Shown here piece after piece: positions 29,288 to 39,738 of a stretch of DNA of 64,000 nucleotides. The stretch comes from Acidobacteriota bacterium (GTDB lineage: Bacteria; Acidobacteriota; UBA6911; RPQK01; JAJDTT01), in the NCBI GenBank assembly GCA_965217775.1, contig CBDCJH010000002.1:160001-224000 (forward strand), read 5' to 3'. Position numbers and translations under genes: made by a program. The stretch's first letter is position 1; each line of letters starts with the position of its first letter. Under the pieces are notes generated by a model. That model did not search any database and had not been told where the DNA came from. It worked only from the letters and a program-made list of their open reading frames with translations.

Positions 29288-30157
29288 GTGCCGGATCTAA
29301 CGGGTGAGCTTCAATTCAGGTTGAGGGGCCACGTCCAGTTCCTGGCCGGAGTCGTGGGGGAGAGAAATTCGCGCCGCTACCGCCGTCTGGAGCGGGCCAG
29401 GGAATACATCGAAGAAGTCTTCACTCAGTCCGGATATTGGATCGGCCACGATCTGTACGAATGCGGCGGAAAGGAGTATCGCAACGTCGTCGCCACTATT
29501 CCCGGTGCCGACTCCGGTGCTCCGGTTCTGGTGGTGGGCGCCCACTACGACACGGCGTGGGGTTCTCCAGGTGCCGACGACAACGCCAGCGGTGTGGCGG
29601 TTCTCATGGAACTGGCACGGATCCTGGTGGACGAACCGGCCGCCGCGTCGATCCGTTGGGTGGCGTTCACCTTGGAGGAGTCTCCCCATTTCAAGACCGA
29701 TTCCATGGGGAGCCGGGTATACGCCCGACGCTGCCGGCAGCGGGGAGATTCGATTCGGGGAATGATCTCGCTGGAGATGGTGGGCTGCTACAGCAGCGCC
29801 CGCAGGTCTCAGGGTCACCCCATTTCTCTGATGCGCTGGTTCTACCCCGACCGGGGAAACTTCATCGCCGTGGCCGGAAACTACGCGTCACGGAGCCTGG
29901 TCCGGCGTCTGTCCCGTCTGCTCTCGGCCCACGGGGAGTTGCCGGTGGAGCACATCGCCCTCCCCTTCGTTCCCGGCGTCGACCTCTCGGACAACTGGTC
30001 CTTTTGGGAAGAGGGTTACCCGGCCCTGATGGTGACGGACACGGCCTTCTTCCGGAATCGACACTACCATCGTTCCACGGATCGGCCGGAGACCCTGGAC
30101 TATCGGTCCATGGAGCTCCTGGTGCGGGGACTGGCGGAGGCCCTGTTCCGGTTGTGA
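29288..30157 (+). CDS. M28-family metallopeptidase
   Basis: GAHYD, GADDNASG, EE, SDNWSF, YHRSTD. Confidence 0.88.
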   Translation: MPDLTGELQFRLRGHVQFLAGVVGERNSRRYRRLERAREYIEEVFTQSGYWIGHDLYECGGKEYRNVVATIPGADSGAPVLVVGAHYDTAWGSPGADDNASGVAVLMELARILVDEPAAASIRWVAFTLEESPHFKTDSMGSRVYARRCRQRGDSIRGMISLEMVGCYSSARRSQGHPISLMRWFYPDRGNFIAVAGNYASRSLVRRLSRLLSAHGELPVEHIALPFVPGVDLSDNWSFWEEGYPALMVTDTAFFRNRHYHRSTDRPETLDYRSMELLVRGLAEALFRL

Positions 30158-30162
30158 AAGAG

Positions 30163-30321
30163 CAGTCCGTGGTGAAAGTCGCGCGAGTACCGAGACCGTT
30201 CCTGCGCCCGCCGGACAAGGCGCTTCGGAGGGAGCATACCGGGAGTATGTGAGCCGATAGCAACGCAGTCCGCCGGGATGCAGGGACGGTCGAATGCCGC
30301 GACGACTTTTGCCACCGGCTG
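30163..30321 (+). mobile_element. MITE family A, copy 1
   Basis: Ends CAGTCCGTGGTGAAAGTC and GACTTTTGCCACCGGCTG; similar along its length to the copies at 32006, 33125 and 59098. Confidence 0.85.
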
Positions 30322-30327
30322 CCAGTC

Positions 30328-31059
30328 TCAGCCGGTAGCCCGTTTCGCGAGTTCGGCGATGCGGCGGCGGCATTCCTTCCGGGCTTGCTGGAGCCTGGTC
30401 AAATCGGGTCCGTGCGTGCGCAGGCACTCCAGCACCACCTCCTCGGCAGCGACGAATTCCGGGCAGATACGAGCCACTTCGGAGGCGATTTCCCCGGGTA
30501 TGTTCGTCACGCCGTTGGCGTCGCCGTGGAGCAGGTCGCCCGGGCGCACGGTGAGCCCGCCGACGTGCACCGGGACGTCCACGTCCAGGGTGTGACAATA
30601 GCCGTGGGAGCAGTTGGTGCCGCTGCTGAAGACGGGGAAGCCGATTTGCCGGACCTGGTCGAGGTCGCGGCCCGTCCCACTGGTGATGAGCCCGACGGCG
30701 CCGAAGGTCTGGTATGAGGTGCACATTACTTCGCCGAAAGTGGCCGCCGTCGACGGATCGTCCAGGTCCTGAAACACGATGACATGCGGTCCGGAGCGCT
30801 CTTGTAGAACGGAAAGCTGTTTCTGCATGGCGTCGTAAATGTCCAATCCCTGAGGCGGCGCCGAGGAGCGATAGGTGGCGGTGGACGCATACCCCACCAT
30901 GGGGGGCATCTCGGGGAAGTGGGCCTTGATTCTCTGGTCCATGTAGCCGGAGGTCCTGGGACGCACGCCGAAGAGCTCGATCACGTTGCAGATGGTCGGG
31001 GTGTCATATTGCCTCAGCATCGCCAGGACGTCCGGCGGCAACGGGCTGGATTCGTTCAT
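30328..31059 (-). CDS. RraA/HMG-aldolase-like protein
   Basis: DTPTICN, FGEVM, GTGRD, VRPGDLLHGDANGV. Confidence 0.85.
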   Translation of the reverse strand: MNESSPLPPDVLAMLRQYDTPTICNVIELFGVRPRTSGYMDQRIKAHFPEMPPMVGYASTATYRSSAPPQGLDIYDAMQKQLSVLQERSGPHVIVFQDLDDPSTAATFGEVMCTSYQTFGAVGLITSGTGRDLDQVRQIGFPVFSSGTNCSHGYCHTLDVDVPVHVGGLTVRPGDLLHGDANGVTNIPGEIASEVARICPEFVAAEEVVLECLRTHGPDLTRLQQARKECRRRIAELAKRATG

Positions 31060-31086
31060 GTCTTCTCCTTGTCAGCGGTTATGGCG

Positions 31087-31108
31087 TCGACTCGCAAGTT
31101 GCAGTCGA
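31087..31108. promoter_or_regulatory. Palindrome between divergent genes (possible operator)
   Basis: TCGACT-C-GCAA-G-TTGC-AGTCGA. Confidence 0.3.
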
Positions 31109-31196
31109 TTCGGCTAAGAGGATACTTTACGTGTGCCTGCCGACATTGGCTATCAGGACCGGGGCTGTCCCGAGCCGGGAAGAACAAGAGGAGGTC

Positions 31197-31976
31197 ATGA
31201 GAACGAACAAGATCTTGCACAGACTCAGGAATGACGAGCCGGTGATGCTGGCCTGTCCCACTCCCTATCCCTCGCCCAAGCTCATCGAGATGATCGGCCT
31301 CATTGGATTCGACGGCGTTTGGATCGATATGGAGCACCAGGACTACGACTACGACCAGCTCTTCGCCATGGGACTGGCCTGCCGAGCCTCCGGGATGGAC
31401 CCTTTGGTCCGAATGAGGAAGGGCCCGTATTGGAGTTATTTCCGCTGTCTCGAGGCGGGGGCGAACGGCATCATGGTTCCCCACGTCTGCTCGGCGGCGG
31501 CGGCGCGCGACGTGGTTCGCAACAGCCGCTTTCATCCCCTGGGACAGCGGGGCATGGATGGCGTGGAAGTCGCCTCCAACTACGGAATGGAGGCCATGCC
31601 CGAGTACATGGCTTCCGCCAACGAGGAGACCCTGGTCTCGATTCAGATCGAAGACCGGGAAGGCGTCGAGGCCGTCGATGAAATCCTGGCAGTCGAGGGG
31701 CTCGACGGAATCATGGTGGGACCCGGCGATCTGACCCAGAGCTATGGCATCCCCACCCAAGGGGGACATCCCCTCATCGTCCAGGCCGTGGACCGGGTCG
31801 CCGAGGCCTGCCGCCGTCACGGCAAGTGGTGGGGCATTCCGGTAGCGAGTCCGGAAGCGGCCATGCCCTACTACGAGAAGGGAGCCCGGTTCTTCGTCTG
31901 CGGGGCGGCCATCATCATTCTGCAACAGGGATATTCCCGGATCTGGAAGGAATTTACCGACACCTTCCGTTCCTGA
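31197..31976 (+). CDS. HpcH/HpaI aldolase family protein
   Basis: WIDMEH, GIMVPHV, PLGQRG, QIE, GPGDL. Confidence 0.88.
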   Translation: MRTNKILHRLRNDEPVMLACPTPYPSPKLIEMIGLIGFDGVWIDMEHQDYDYDQLFAMGLACRASGMDPLVRMRKGPYWSYFRCLEAGANGIMVPHVCSAAAARDVVRNSRFHPLGQRGMDGVEVASNYGMEAMPEYMASANEETLVSIQIEDREGVEAVDEILAVEGLDGIMVGPGDLTQSYGIPTQGGHPLIVQAVDRVAEACRRHGKWWGIPVASPEAAMPYYEKGARFFVCGAAIIILQQGYSRIWKEFTDTFRS

Positions 31977-32005
31977 CGGTTGCGGCGGTCCGGGACCGCT
32001 ATTGA

Positions 32006-32163
32006 CAGCCCGTGGGAAAAGTCATCACGGCATTCGACCGTCCCTGCATCCCGGCGGACAGCGTTGCGATTCGGGCACATACTCCCGGTATGCACCCGAA
32101 TCGCGCCTTGTCCGGCGGGCGCAGGAACGGTCTCGGTGCTCGCGGGACTTTCACCACGGACTG
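32006..32163 (-). mobile_element. MITE family A, copy 2
   Basis: CAGCCCGTGGGAAAAGTC...GACTTTCACCACGGACTG; flanks TTGA/TTAA. Confidence 0.85.
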
Positions 32164-33099
32164 TTAAGGCGCGTCGATGATCCTTACCGGCGCCGGAATG
32201 AAGGTGAGGATCAGCAGCAGCAGACCGGCGATGGCGGCCAGGACTCGCCGCCGATCCAGCGGCCCGGCCGGGACGCTGGGTGGCGGGTGTTTCAGGCCCA
32301 TGAAGATCAGGATCACCGCGAAGCACAGGTATCCGTAGAAACACCAGATTCCCAAGGCGACCAGTCCACCCAGGGCCGCGTAGGAGACGGTTCGGTGTCC
32401 GCGGCGGCCCAGCAGGGCGTAGACGACATGGCCTCCGTCGAGTTGGCCGATGGGCAGGAGATTCATGCCCGTGGCCAGCATCCCGAACCAAGCCGCCCAG
32501 CCGATGGGGTGGAGGTTGATACTCCAATCCTCTCCGGCCGGAACGAAGAGCTCGGCAGCGAGACGGAAGAGAAGGGGTTCTCCAAACTCGTAGGTTGTTC
32601 CGCCGAGACTGGACGGAGTGAAGTCGGTGGAATAGCCGAGCCCGATGATAAGCGCCGGGACGATGAGTACGAACCCCGCCAGGGGTCCGGCGATTCCAAC
32701 GTCGAACAGTTGGCGCCGGTCCCGGAACGGGGACTTGATCCGGATCACGGCCCCCATGGTGCCGAAGGGAAAGGGGACTGGAGCCGGAATCGCATACGGA
32801 AGAGTAGCGCGGATTCCATAGTAGCGGCAGGCGAGATAGTGACCCATTTCGTGAGCCAGGAGAATCGCCAGGACGGTGATCGAATAAGGGAGTCCGAGAA
32901 GGAGGTCGGGCCACCCGGCGAAACCCGCCGTGTCGGGTGAGGATTGACCGCTGCCCATGATAAAGCTGGCGTGCCAAAGCGACCCGGCCCACAGGGTTGT
33001 GGCGAAGGTGACGAACAGCAACAGAAGGGCCAACCGGAAACGTGGTTTCTCCGTTTCCGGCGCCGGCAGGTTCTCGTCTTGGGGAGAACGTTCCGTCAC
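32164..33099 (-). CDS. Site-2 protease (M50 family)
   Basis: HEMGH, AGPLAG, NLLPIGQLDGG; GTG start estimated. Confidence 0.88.
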   Translation of the reverse strand: MTERSPQDENLPAPETEKPRFRLALLLLFVTFATTLWAGSLWHASFIMGSGQSSPDTAGFAGWPDLLLGLPYSITVLAILLAHEMGHYLACRYYGIRATLPYAIPAPVPFPFGTMGAVIRIKSPFRDRRQLFDVGIAGPLAGFVLIVPALIIGLGYSTDFTPSSLGGTTYEFGEPLLFRLAAELFVPAGEDWSINLHPIGWAAWFGMLATGMNLLPIGQLDGGHVVYALLGRRGHRTVSYAALGGLVALGIWCFYGYLCFAVILIFMGLKHPPPSVPAGPLDRRRVLAAIAGLLLLILTFIPAPVRIIDAP

Positions 33100-33124
33100 T
33101 GACGTTGAACTCGTCCGGGGGTAG

Positions 33125-33283
33125 CAGCCCGTGATAAAAGTCATCGCGGCATTCGACCGGGTCTGCATCCCGGAGGACTGCGTTGCTCCTCGGTCACATA
33201 CTCCCGGTATGCTCCCTCAGAGCGCCTTGTCCGGCGGGCGCAGCCCCGGTCTCGGTGCAACGCGAGACTTTCACCACGGACTG
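33125..33283 (-). mobile_element. MITE family A, copy 3
   Basis: CAGCCCGTGATAAAAGTC...GACTTTCACCACGGACTG; flanks GTAG/CTAG. Confidence 0.85.
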
Positions 33284-33292
33284 CTAGGCGTG

Positions 33293-33559
33293 TCAGCCGG
33301 AGCGGATTTCTTTCCCGGGTTTGAAGCGAACGGTCTTGCCGGGAGGAATGGGGACCACGGCTCCCGTCCTGGGGTTGCGTCCGATGCCACTCTTCCGTGG
33401 CTTGACCAGAAAGACTCCGAAGCCCCGCAACTCGATGCGTTCGCCATGCTTCAGGGCGCGCTTCAACACATTCAGCACGGTGTCGACGCCCTCCTCGGCC
33501 CGCGCCTTGGTCAGATCCGCCCGCTCGGATACGCGTGACACAATATCCTGTTTGATCAC
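33293..33559 (-). CDS. HU/IHF-family DNA-binding protein
   Basis: IELRGFGVF, GRNPRTG, FKPGK. Confidence 0.92.
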   Translation of the reverse strand: MIKQDIVSRVSERADLTKARAEEGVDTVLNVLKRALKHGERIELRGFGVFLVKPRKSGIGRNPRTGAVVPIPPGKTVRFKPGKEIRSG

Positions 33560-33740
33560 GGCTTGGAAATGCCCCCTGAGTTGCTAGCCGTTGTCTTATA
33601 CTGGGCGCAGGTTCCGGATGTCAAGGTTCGATTAAGGCTCCGCTCAAATGGAGTCAATGGGGAACCGGGACCGGGCTTTTCCGGGAGGGGAAATCCGGCT
33701 GAGAGACTGGTAGACTTTTGCGATTCGCTGAGTGAATTCC

Positions 33741-34313
33741 ATGAGTATTCGGCCGGACCACTGGATCGCTCGCAAGGCGCGGGATGGAATGATCGAGCCA
33801 TTCGAGGAGAGCCTCATCGGGAAGGGAACCATCTCGTACGGAGTCTCCTCCTACGGCTATGACTTTCGCGTGGACCGGCGGTACAAGCTGCTCCAAGATG
33901 GTGCGAGTGCAGTTCTGGATCCCAAGCAGGCATCGGAGCATTGCTTCCGGGACTACGAGGGCGATTCCTGTCTGATCCCCGCCCGGGGCTTCGTCCTCTG
34001 CCGGTCCTACGAATACTTTCGTATTCCCAGGGACGTCCTGGGAGTCTGTGTCGGTAAATCGACCTATGCCCGGTGTGGGGTTTCCGTCAACGTCACTCCC
34101 TTGGAACCGGAATGGGAAGGACGCCTGACCATGTCGGTGATCAACAACGGTCCCGTTCCGGTGAAGATCTACTCGGGCGAGGGCATTGCCCAGCTCCTGT
34201 TTCTTCGGGCTCGCGACGTCTGTCGAGTCTCTTATTCCGACCGGAAAGGCAAGTACCAGGCACAGCAGGAAATCACTCTGTCCCGGCTGGAGGACGGACG
34301 GGACCTGGCATAG
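33741..34313 (+). CDS. dcd: dCTP deaminase
   Basis: SYGVSSYGYD, GKSTYARCG, TPLEPEWEG. Confidence 0.93.
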   Translation: MSIRPDHWIARKARDGMIEPFEESLIGKGTISYGVSSYGYDFRVDRRYKLLQDGASAVLDPKQASEHCFRDYEGDSCLIPARGFVLCRSYEYFRIPRDVLGVCVGKSTYARCGVSVNVTPLEPEWEGRLTMSVINNGPVPVKIYSGEGIAQLLFLRARDVCRVSYSDRKGKYQAQQEITLSRLEDGRDLA

Positions 34314-34325
34314 AGTCGGTTCGCA

Positions 34326-36806
34326 ATGCAGGAGCAATACGATTTCCGGACGATCGAGTCCAAGTGGCAGAAACGCTGGGAGGAGAACTGCGAATTTGTC
34401 GTCGCCGAGGACCGGGACAGGCCCAAATACTACGTTCTGGAAATGCTTCCCTACCCCTCGGGAGCGCTTCATATGGGCCACGTTCGCGTTTACTCTTTGG
34501 GTGATTCCGTAGCCCGGTTCCGGTCCTTGCAGGGCTTCAACGTTCTGCACCCCATCGGCTGGGACGCCTTCGGACTTCCGGCCGAGAATGCCGCCATTCG
34601 CCACCAGGTTCCACCGAAAACGTGGACGCTGAAGAACATAGAGCGGATGAAGCAGCAGTGCCTGCGCATGGGTTGGTCCTACGACTGGGACCGGGAGCTG
34701 GCCACCTGCACTCCGGAGTACTACCGCTGGAACCAATGGTTCTTTCTCCGGATGTACGACCGGGGTCTGGCCTACAGGAGCCGGGGGTCCGTCAATTGGT
34801 GCGAGAAGTGTCAGACGGTCCTGGCCAACGAGCAGGTGGTCAACGGGCTCTGCTGGCGCGACGACAGTCCCGTGGTCCAGAAGGAGCTGGAGCAGTGGAA
34901 CTTTCGGATCACCGATTACGCCGAGCAGTTGCTCCAGGATCTGGACCAGCTCGAGGACTGGCCCGAACGAGTGATCACCATGCAGCGCAACTGGATCGGC
35001 AAGTCCGTTGGGGCACGAGTCCGTTTCCGGCTGGGAGGCCCATCGGGAGAGGGGATCGACATCTTCACCACCCGGTTGGACACCATTTGCGGAGCGACCT
35101 TCATGGTGTTGGCTCCCGAACATCCCCTGGTGAAGGCCTGGTTGGGAGACGATAGCGACGGCAGCAGGCTGCAGGCGCTGTTGGAGCAGGTGCGCCGCCA
35201 GGACCAGAACCTTCGCACCGCAGAGGATGCAGAGAAGCTGGGAGCTTTCACCGGACGCTACGCCTGGAATCCGTTCCGCGGGGAAATGATTCCCATATGG
35301 GTGGCCAATTTCGTCCTGATGGAATACGGGACCGGCGCAATCATGGCCGTCCCGGCCCATGACCAGCGAGACCTGGAGTTCGCCCGCAAGTACGGGCTGC
35401 CGGTACGGAGCGTGATCGAGCCGAGCGAAGGACCGCCGCCTGCCCGCACGGACCAGGCCTTCGTGGATCCGGGCAGACTGGTCGACAGCGGTCCCTTCTC
35501 CGGACTCACTTCGGATGAGGCCAAGCGGAAGATGGCCGAGTACGCCAGCAAGCAGGGCTTCGGCGAGGCCACCGTCTCCTACCGGCTCCGGGACTGGGGA
35601 GTGAGCCGCCAGCGCTACTGGGGTACCCCTATTCCCATCGTCTATTGCTCCGGATGCGGGACGGTCCCGGTTCCGGAGGATCAACTGCCGGTGATTCTGC
35701 CCCGAATGGAAGGCATCGATTTGGGTCGCTCCCCGCTGGCGCAGGTCCCCGATTTCGTCCAGACGGCCTGCCCTTCCTGCGGCGGCGCGGCCCGGCGGGA
35801 AACCGACACCATGGACACCTTCGTGGACAGTTCCTGGTATTTCTACCGCTACACCGACGCCCGCAATTCGGACGGAGCGATTTGCCGGGAAGCCGTGCGC
35901 TACTGGTTCCCCGTGGACATCTACATCGGCGGAGTGGAACACGCCATCCTCCATCTCATCTACATGCGCTTCTTCACCAAGGTCATGCGGGACCTGGGTA
36001 TGGTCGAGTTGGATGAACCGGTGCGCACCCTCTTTACCCAGGGCATGGTCATCAAGGACGGCGCCAAGATGAGCAAGTCCCTGGGGAACGTGGTCGAGCC
36101 GGACCAGATCGTCCGGAAGTACGGCGCCGACACGCTCCGGCTCTTCATCCAGTTCTGCGCTCCACCGGCCAGAGACCTGGATTGGAACGATCGGGGACTG
36201 GAGGGGTGTTGGCGTTTTCTGAGTCGACTCTGGAGGTTGCTGCATCGATACCGGACCGAGTGGTCCGGCGACGGTATGCCGACTGCCGGGAAGACTCCGG
36301 CAGAGACGTCTCCCCCGGCGCGCGTCCTGCAGCGGAAACTTCACCAGACCATCCGGAAGGTGACGCGGGACCTGGAGCGGCTGCACCAGAACACGGCCAT
36401 CGCGGCCATCATGGAGTTGTTGAACTCGGTGCAGGATTATGTGGACCAGGGGGAGCCCGACCGGAAGCTGCTCCGGGAAACTCTGGAAAACATGGCCCTG
36501 CTGCTGGCCCCTTTCGCTCCCCACTTCGCCGAAGAGATCTATTTCATCCTGGGGCATCGCCACGGGATCGGATCCGCCTCCTGGCCGGAGCACGACTCCG
36601 ATCTGGCCCGGGAAGAGACGGTGGAGTTCGCGGTCCAGGTCAACGGAAGGGTCCGTTCCCGGATCCAGGCTCCGGCCGATGTGCCGTCGGAGAAGATGGA
36701 GGAACTGGCCCTGTCCGATGAGCGGGTCCGGGGGCACATCGAGGGTCGAAACGTCATCAAGGTGATCGTGATCCCGAAGCGGCTCGTGAACGTGGTGGCG
36801 CGATGA
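34326..36806 (+). CDS. leuS: Leucine-tRNA ligase
   Basis: [11 protein letters not shown] and KMSKS. Confidence 0.97.
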   Translation: MQEQYDFRTIESKWQKRWEENCEFVVAEDRDRPKYYVLEMLPYPSGALHMGHVRVYSLGDSVARFRSLQGFNVLHPIGWDAFGLPAENAAIRHQVPPKTWTLKNIERMKQQCLRMGWSYDWDRELATCTPEYYRWNQWFFLRMYDRGLAYRSRGSVNWCEKCQTVLANEQVVNGLCWRDDSPVVQKELEQWNFRITDYAEQLLQDLDQLEDWPERVITMQRNWIGKSVGARVRFRLGGPSGEGIDIFTTRLDTICGATFMVLAPEHPLVKAWLGDDSDGSRLQALLEQVRRQDQNLRTAEDAEKLGAFTGRYAWNPFRGEMIPIWVANFVLMEYGTGAIMAVPAHDQRDLEFARKYGLPVRSVIEPSEGPPPARTDQAFVDPGRLVDSGPFSGLTSDEAKRKMAEYASKQGFGEATVSYRLRDWGVSRQRYWGTPIPIVYCSGCGTVPVPEDQLPVILPRMEGIDLGRSPLAQVPDFVQTACPSCGGAARRETDTMDTFVDSSWYFYRYTDARNSDGAICREAVRYWFPVDIYIGGVEHAILHLIYMRFFTKVMRDLGMVELDEPVRTLFTQGMVIKDGAKMSKSLGNVVEPDQIVRKYGADTLRLFIQFCAPPARDLDWNDRGLEGCWRFLSRLWRLLHRYRTEWSGDGMPTAGKTPAETSPPARVLQRKLHQTIRKVTRDLERLHQNTAIAAIMELLNSVQDYVDQGEPDRKLLRETLENMALLLAPFAPHFAEEIYFILGHRHGIGSASWPEHDSDLAREETVEFAVQVNGRVRSRIQAPADVPSEKMEELALSDERVRGHIEGRNVIKVIVIPKRLVNVVAR

Positions 36807-37333
36807 AGCGGACCCGTCCCTTGTGCCTGCTCTCCCTCTGGGTGGGTCTCGTACCGGTCTTCCTCGCCGGATGCGGTTATCGGGTAGCGTCCAAGAATCG
36901 GCTGTCTCCCCAGCTCCAAACTCTGGCCGTTCTTCCCCTGGAGAATGAAACCACGACATTTCAAGTGGAGCAGATCTTCACGCGATCGCTGATTCACGCG
37001 TTTGTTGAGAGATCTTCCTACCGTCTGGTCCATGAGCCTTCGCAGGCCGATGCCGTTTTCAGTGGAGTCATCTTCTCCACTACCGCCAATCCCGTCATAT
37101 TCCGGCAACGGGCCTTCGGCTCCACCTTCCTGGTCACACTGCAGGCCCGGGTCCAGCTCCAGGACCGGCGGGACGGTCGAATTCTCTACCGGAACGACCA
37201 GTACCTCTTTCGGGAGCAGTACGTCATCAACGTCGACGTCCGCAATTTCTTCACCGAACTGAGCCCGGCCCTGGAGCGGGTGGCCCGGGATTTCTCCTCC
37301 AGTGTGGTCGCGACTCTGATGGAGGGGTTCTGA
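36803..37333 (+). CDS. lptE: LptE-family LPS assembly lipoprotein
   Basis: Lipobox LAGCGY; conserved leuS-lptE-holA order. Confidence 0.8.
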   Translation: MKRTRPLCLLSLWVGLVPVFLAGCGYRVASKNRLSPQLQTLAVLPLENETTTFQVEQIFTRSLIHAFVERSSYRLVHEPSQADAVFSGVIFSTTANPVIFRQRAFGSTFLVTLQARVQLQDRRDGRILYRNDQYLFREQYVINVDVRNFFTELSPALERVARDFSSSVVATLMEGF

Positions 37334-37369
37334 TGATCTCCCGCTTTCGGGCGATTCGCCTCTTGGACC

Positions 37370-38317
37370 ATGCGGTTCTCTGAGTTCCGGAAGTCCCTGG
37401 CGCAGCCTCATCCCGTCTACGTCGTGGTTTCGACCCAGGAACTCTTTCTCAAACGCGTTTACGACCTCTGCCGGGAACAGGTAAAGGAGTCGGCTCGAGA
37501 TTTCGATTGGTCCGTTTTCGATCTGGAGAGGGACTCTGTCGGGGACGTGGTCCACGCCGCTCGCACGCTTCCGTGGGTTTCCAGGAGGCGCTGGGTGTAC
37601 GTTCGGGACCACGGGGGCTCCGGCTCCGGTCTGAAGGCGTATCTGGCGCGCCCGGCGCCCCGGACCGTCCTGGTTCTGGAAGCGAAGAAACGTTCCAGGG
37701 CCTGGTCCCGTTTGCCTTTGATCGAGTTCGACAAGAAGGTGGGGCCGGCCCGATGGCTGCGGGCCTGGGCCAAGCAGGAGGGCTACGTTCTGGAACCGGC
37801 GGCCACCCGCGCCCTGGTCGAGTTGGTGGGGGACGACCTGGGGCGCCTCAGAATGGAGTTGGAGAAACAATTTCTGGCCTGCTGGGAAAGCCGGAAAATC
37901 AGTTCGGAGTCGGTCGCCGAAATGACCCTGGAGAGTCGGGAATACGACGTGTTCAATCTCATCGGCGCCATGGCCAAGGGGCAGGCCTCGACGGCCCTTC
38001 TGATTCTGAACCGCCTCTTCGCAAAGGGCGTCAGCTTCTCCCAGATCCTGGCCATGCTCTACTGGACCTTCAGACGGCTCTTGGTGGCGCGGGAGATGCT
38101 GGACCAGGGACGATCCTTTCGGGAGGTTCTCCGCAAGCTCAAGATCTGGAGCTATCGTGGCCAGGAGGGGGAGGTGCGCCGCTATCCGCCGGAGTGGATC
38201 GAGAGAGTCCTGATCCGGATTCGAGAGACCGACCGGGCCTGCAAGAGCGGCGTCTCCGAACCCCGGTTTCACCTGGAGCGCCTGCTCATTGACACCTGCC
38301 GCCGGGGACAACTATAA
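37370..38317 (+). CDS. holA: DNA polymerase III delta subunit
   Basis: LVELVGDDLGRLRMELEK, VFNLI; position between lptE and rpsT. Confidence 0.85.
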   Translation: MRFSEFRKSLAQPHPVYVVVSTQELFLKRVYDLCREQVKESARDFDWSVFDLERDSVGDVVHAARTLPWVSRRRWVYVRDHGGSGSGLKAYLARPAPRTVLVLEAKKRSRAWSRLPLIEFDKKVGPARWLRAWAKQEGYVLEPAATRALVELVGDDLGRLRMELEKQFLACWESRKISSESVAEMTLESREYDVFNLIGAMAKGQASTALLILNRLFAKGVSFSQILAMLYWTFRRLLVAREMLDQGRSFREVLRKLKIWSYRGQEGEVRRYPPEWIERVLIRIRETDRACKSGVSEPRFHLERLLIDTCRRGQL

Positions 38318-38342
38318 TGCGCGCTGTTTCCCGGGAGTCCAT

Positions 38343-38621
38343 ATGCCCAATATCAAGTCGGCGGACAAGCGTATGCGTCAGAGCCGAAGGCGCAGGATGC
38401 GCAATCGCCACTATCTGAGCCGGATGAGGACTGAAATCAAGCGCTTCCGCCGCATGTTGGAGGAGCAACGGTCTGCAGACGCCCAGAGTCATCTTCCCCA
38501 GGTCTACACCGTCATCGACCACACTGCCCAGAAGGGTGTCATCCATCGACGGACGGCCGCACGGTACAAGTCCCGGCTGACCCACTCTTTGAATCGGACC
38601 CTGGCGGCTGCCGCGGGCTAG
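38343..38621 (+). CDS. rpsT: 30S ribosomal protein S20
   Basis: MPNIKSADKRMRQ...KGVIHRRTAARYKSRL. Confidence 0.95.
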   Translation: MPNIKSADKRMRQSRRRRMRNRHYLSRMRTEIKRFRRMLEEQRSADAQSHLPQVYTVIDHTAQKGVIHRRTAARYKSRLTHSLNRTLAAAAG

Positions 38622-38685
38622 CAGTGGTTGCCTGGACCCCGACCCCATACATGGCCCCATTGGCACGGTTGCAAAACCCCCACTC

Positions 38686-39657
38686 TTGAAGAAGGTTCTT
38701 CTCCCGGACCAGTGCGCTGAGATTCTCTTCGACCTCCGGGACCGGAACGTGCGGCTGCTGGAGTCGCTGTTTCAGGTACGGATCGGCGCCCGGGGCCCCC
38801 AGGTCTTCATCCAGGGAGATGAGAAACACGAACGGATCCTGGTGAACATCCTCACCGACTTCTCGTCTCTGGTCTCCAATGGATGCTCCTTTTCCAATGG
38901 TGAGTTGAGGGAAGCGTTCCAGCAGATTGCCGAGGGGGCGGCCGAGAGTCTCCACGATTTCTTTCCCAAGGCTCTGGTGCTGAAGACCCCCATACGGGAA
39001 GTGTCGCCACGGAGTCTGAACCAGTCCCGATACGTCCAGGCCATCCACCGTAATGATCTGGTCTTCGGTATCGGTCCGGCCGGCACGGGCAAGACCTATC
39101 TTGCGGTGGCGACGGCGGTCTCGTTTCTTCTGGAAAAAAGGGTCCAGCGGATCGTATTGTCCCGTCCCGCAGTGGAAGCGGGCGAACGGCTCGGGTTCCT
39201 GCCGGGAGATCTTCAGGAGAAGGTCAACCCCTATTTGAGGCCCCTATCGGACGCCCTGATCCACGTGATCGGGGCGGAAAGGGTGCGGAAGCTCATGGAC
39301 AGGGAGATCATCGAGATCGCTCCCCTGGCCTTCATGCGGGGGAGGACGCTGGGTGACTCGTTCATCATTCTGGACGAGGCCCAGAACTGCACTTCCGAGC
39401 AGATGAAGATGTTTCTCACTCGAATCGGCCTCAATTCCAGGGCGGTCGTCACCGGGGACATCACCCAGATCGATCTTCCGCCGGGTCAGAGGTCGGGGCT
39501 GGTGGAGGCACGTGGACTGCTCAAGGGCTTGCGGGAGATCTCCATCTGTGAGTTCGATCGTCGGGACGTGGTCCGCCATCGACTCGTCAAGCGCATCATC
39601 AAGGCCTACGAGTCCCAGGGATCCGGAGGGAAGAAAGGACCGAGAAGTGAGGAGTGA
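38686..39657 (+). CDS. phoH: PhoH-family ATPase
   Basis: GPAGTGKT, RPAVEAGE, RGRTL, DEAQN, GDITQID. Confidence 0.93.
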   Translation: MKKVLLPDQCAEILFDLRDRNVRLLESLFQVRIGARGPQVFIQGDEKHERILVNILTDFSSLVSNGCSFSNGELREAFQQIAEGAAESLHDFFPKALVLKTPIREVSPRSLNQSRYVQAIHRNDLVFGIGPAGTGKTYLAVATAVSFLLEKRVQRIVLSRPAVEAGERLGFLPGDLQEKVNPYLRPLSDALIHVIGAERVRKLMDREIIEIAPLAFMRGRTLGDSFIILDEAQNCTSEQMKMFLTRIGLNSRAVVTGDITQIDLPPGQRSGLVEARGLLKGLREISICEFDRRDVVRHRLVKRIIKAYESQGSGGKKGPRSEE

Positions 39658-39664
39658 GAGAAGA
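39633..39664 (+). repeat. 32-bp heptamer-containing element, left copy of an inverted pair
   Basis: GAAAGGACCGAGAAGTGAGGAGTGAGAGAAGA; 31/32 match to the reverse complement of 41359-41390. Confidence 0.8.
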
Positions 39665-39738
39665 CAGCAGATTCTCAGCCGGTTGGGTCCTGGTGCGGCT
39701 GTCGCGGTGACCCTCCGGAGACCGGACTTTCAGCGCCG

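Noticed and set aside
33654-36959. 1101-aa antisense ORF and similar long shadow ORFs (e.g. 36539-38311, 50083-51930, 26050-28038)
   Set aside because: They overlap well-supported genes, have no motifs, and reflect codon bias in GC-rich DNA.
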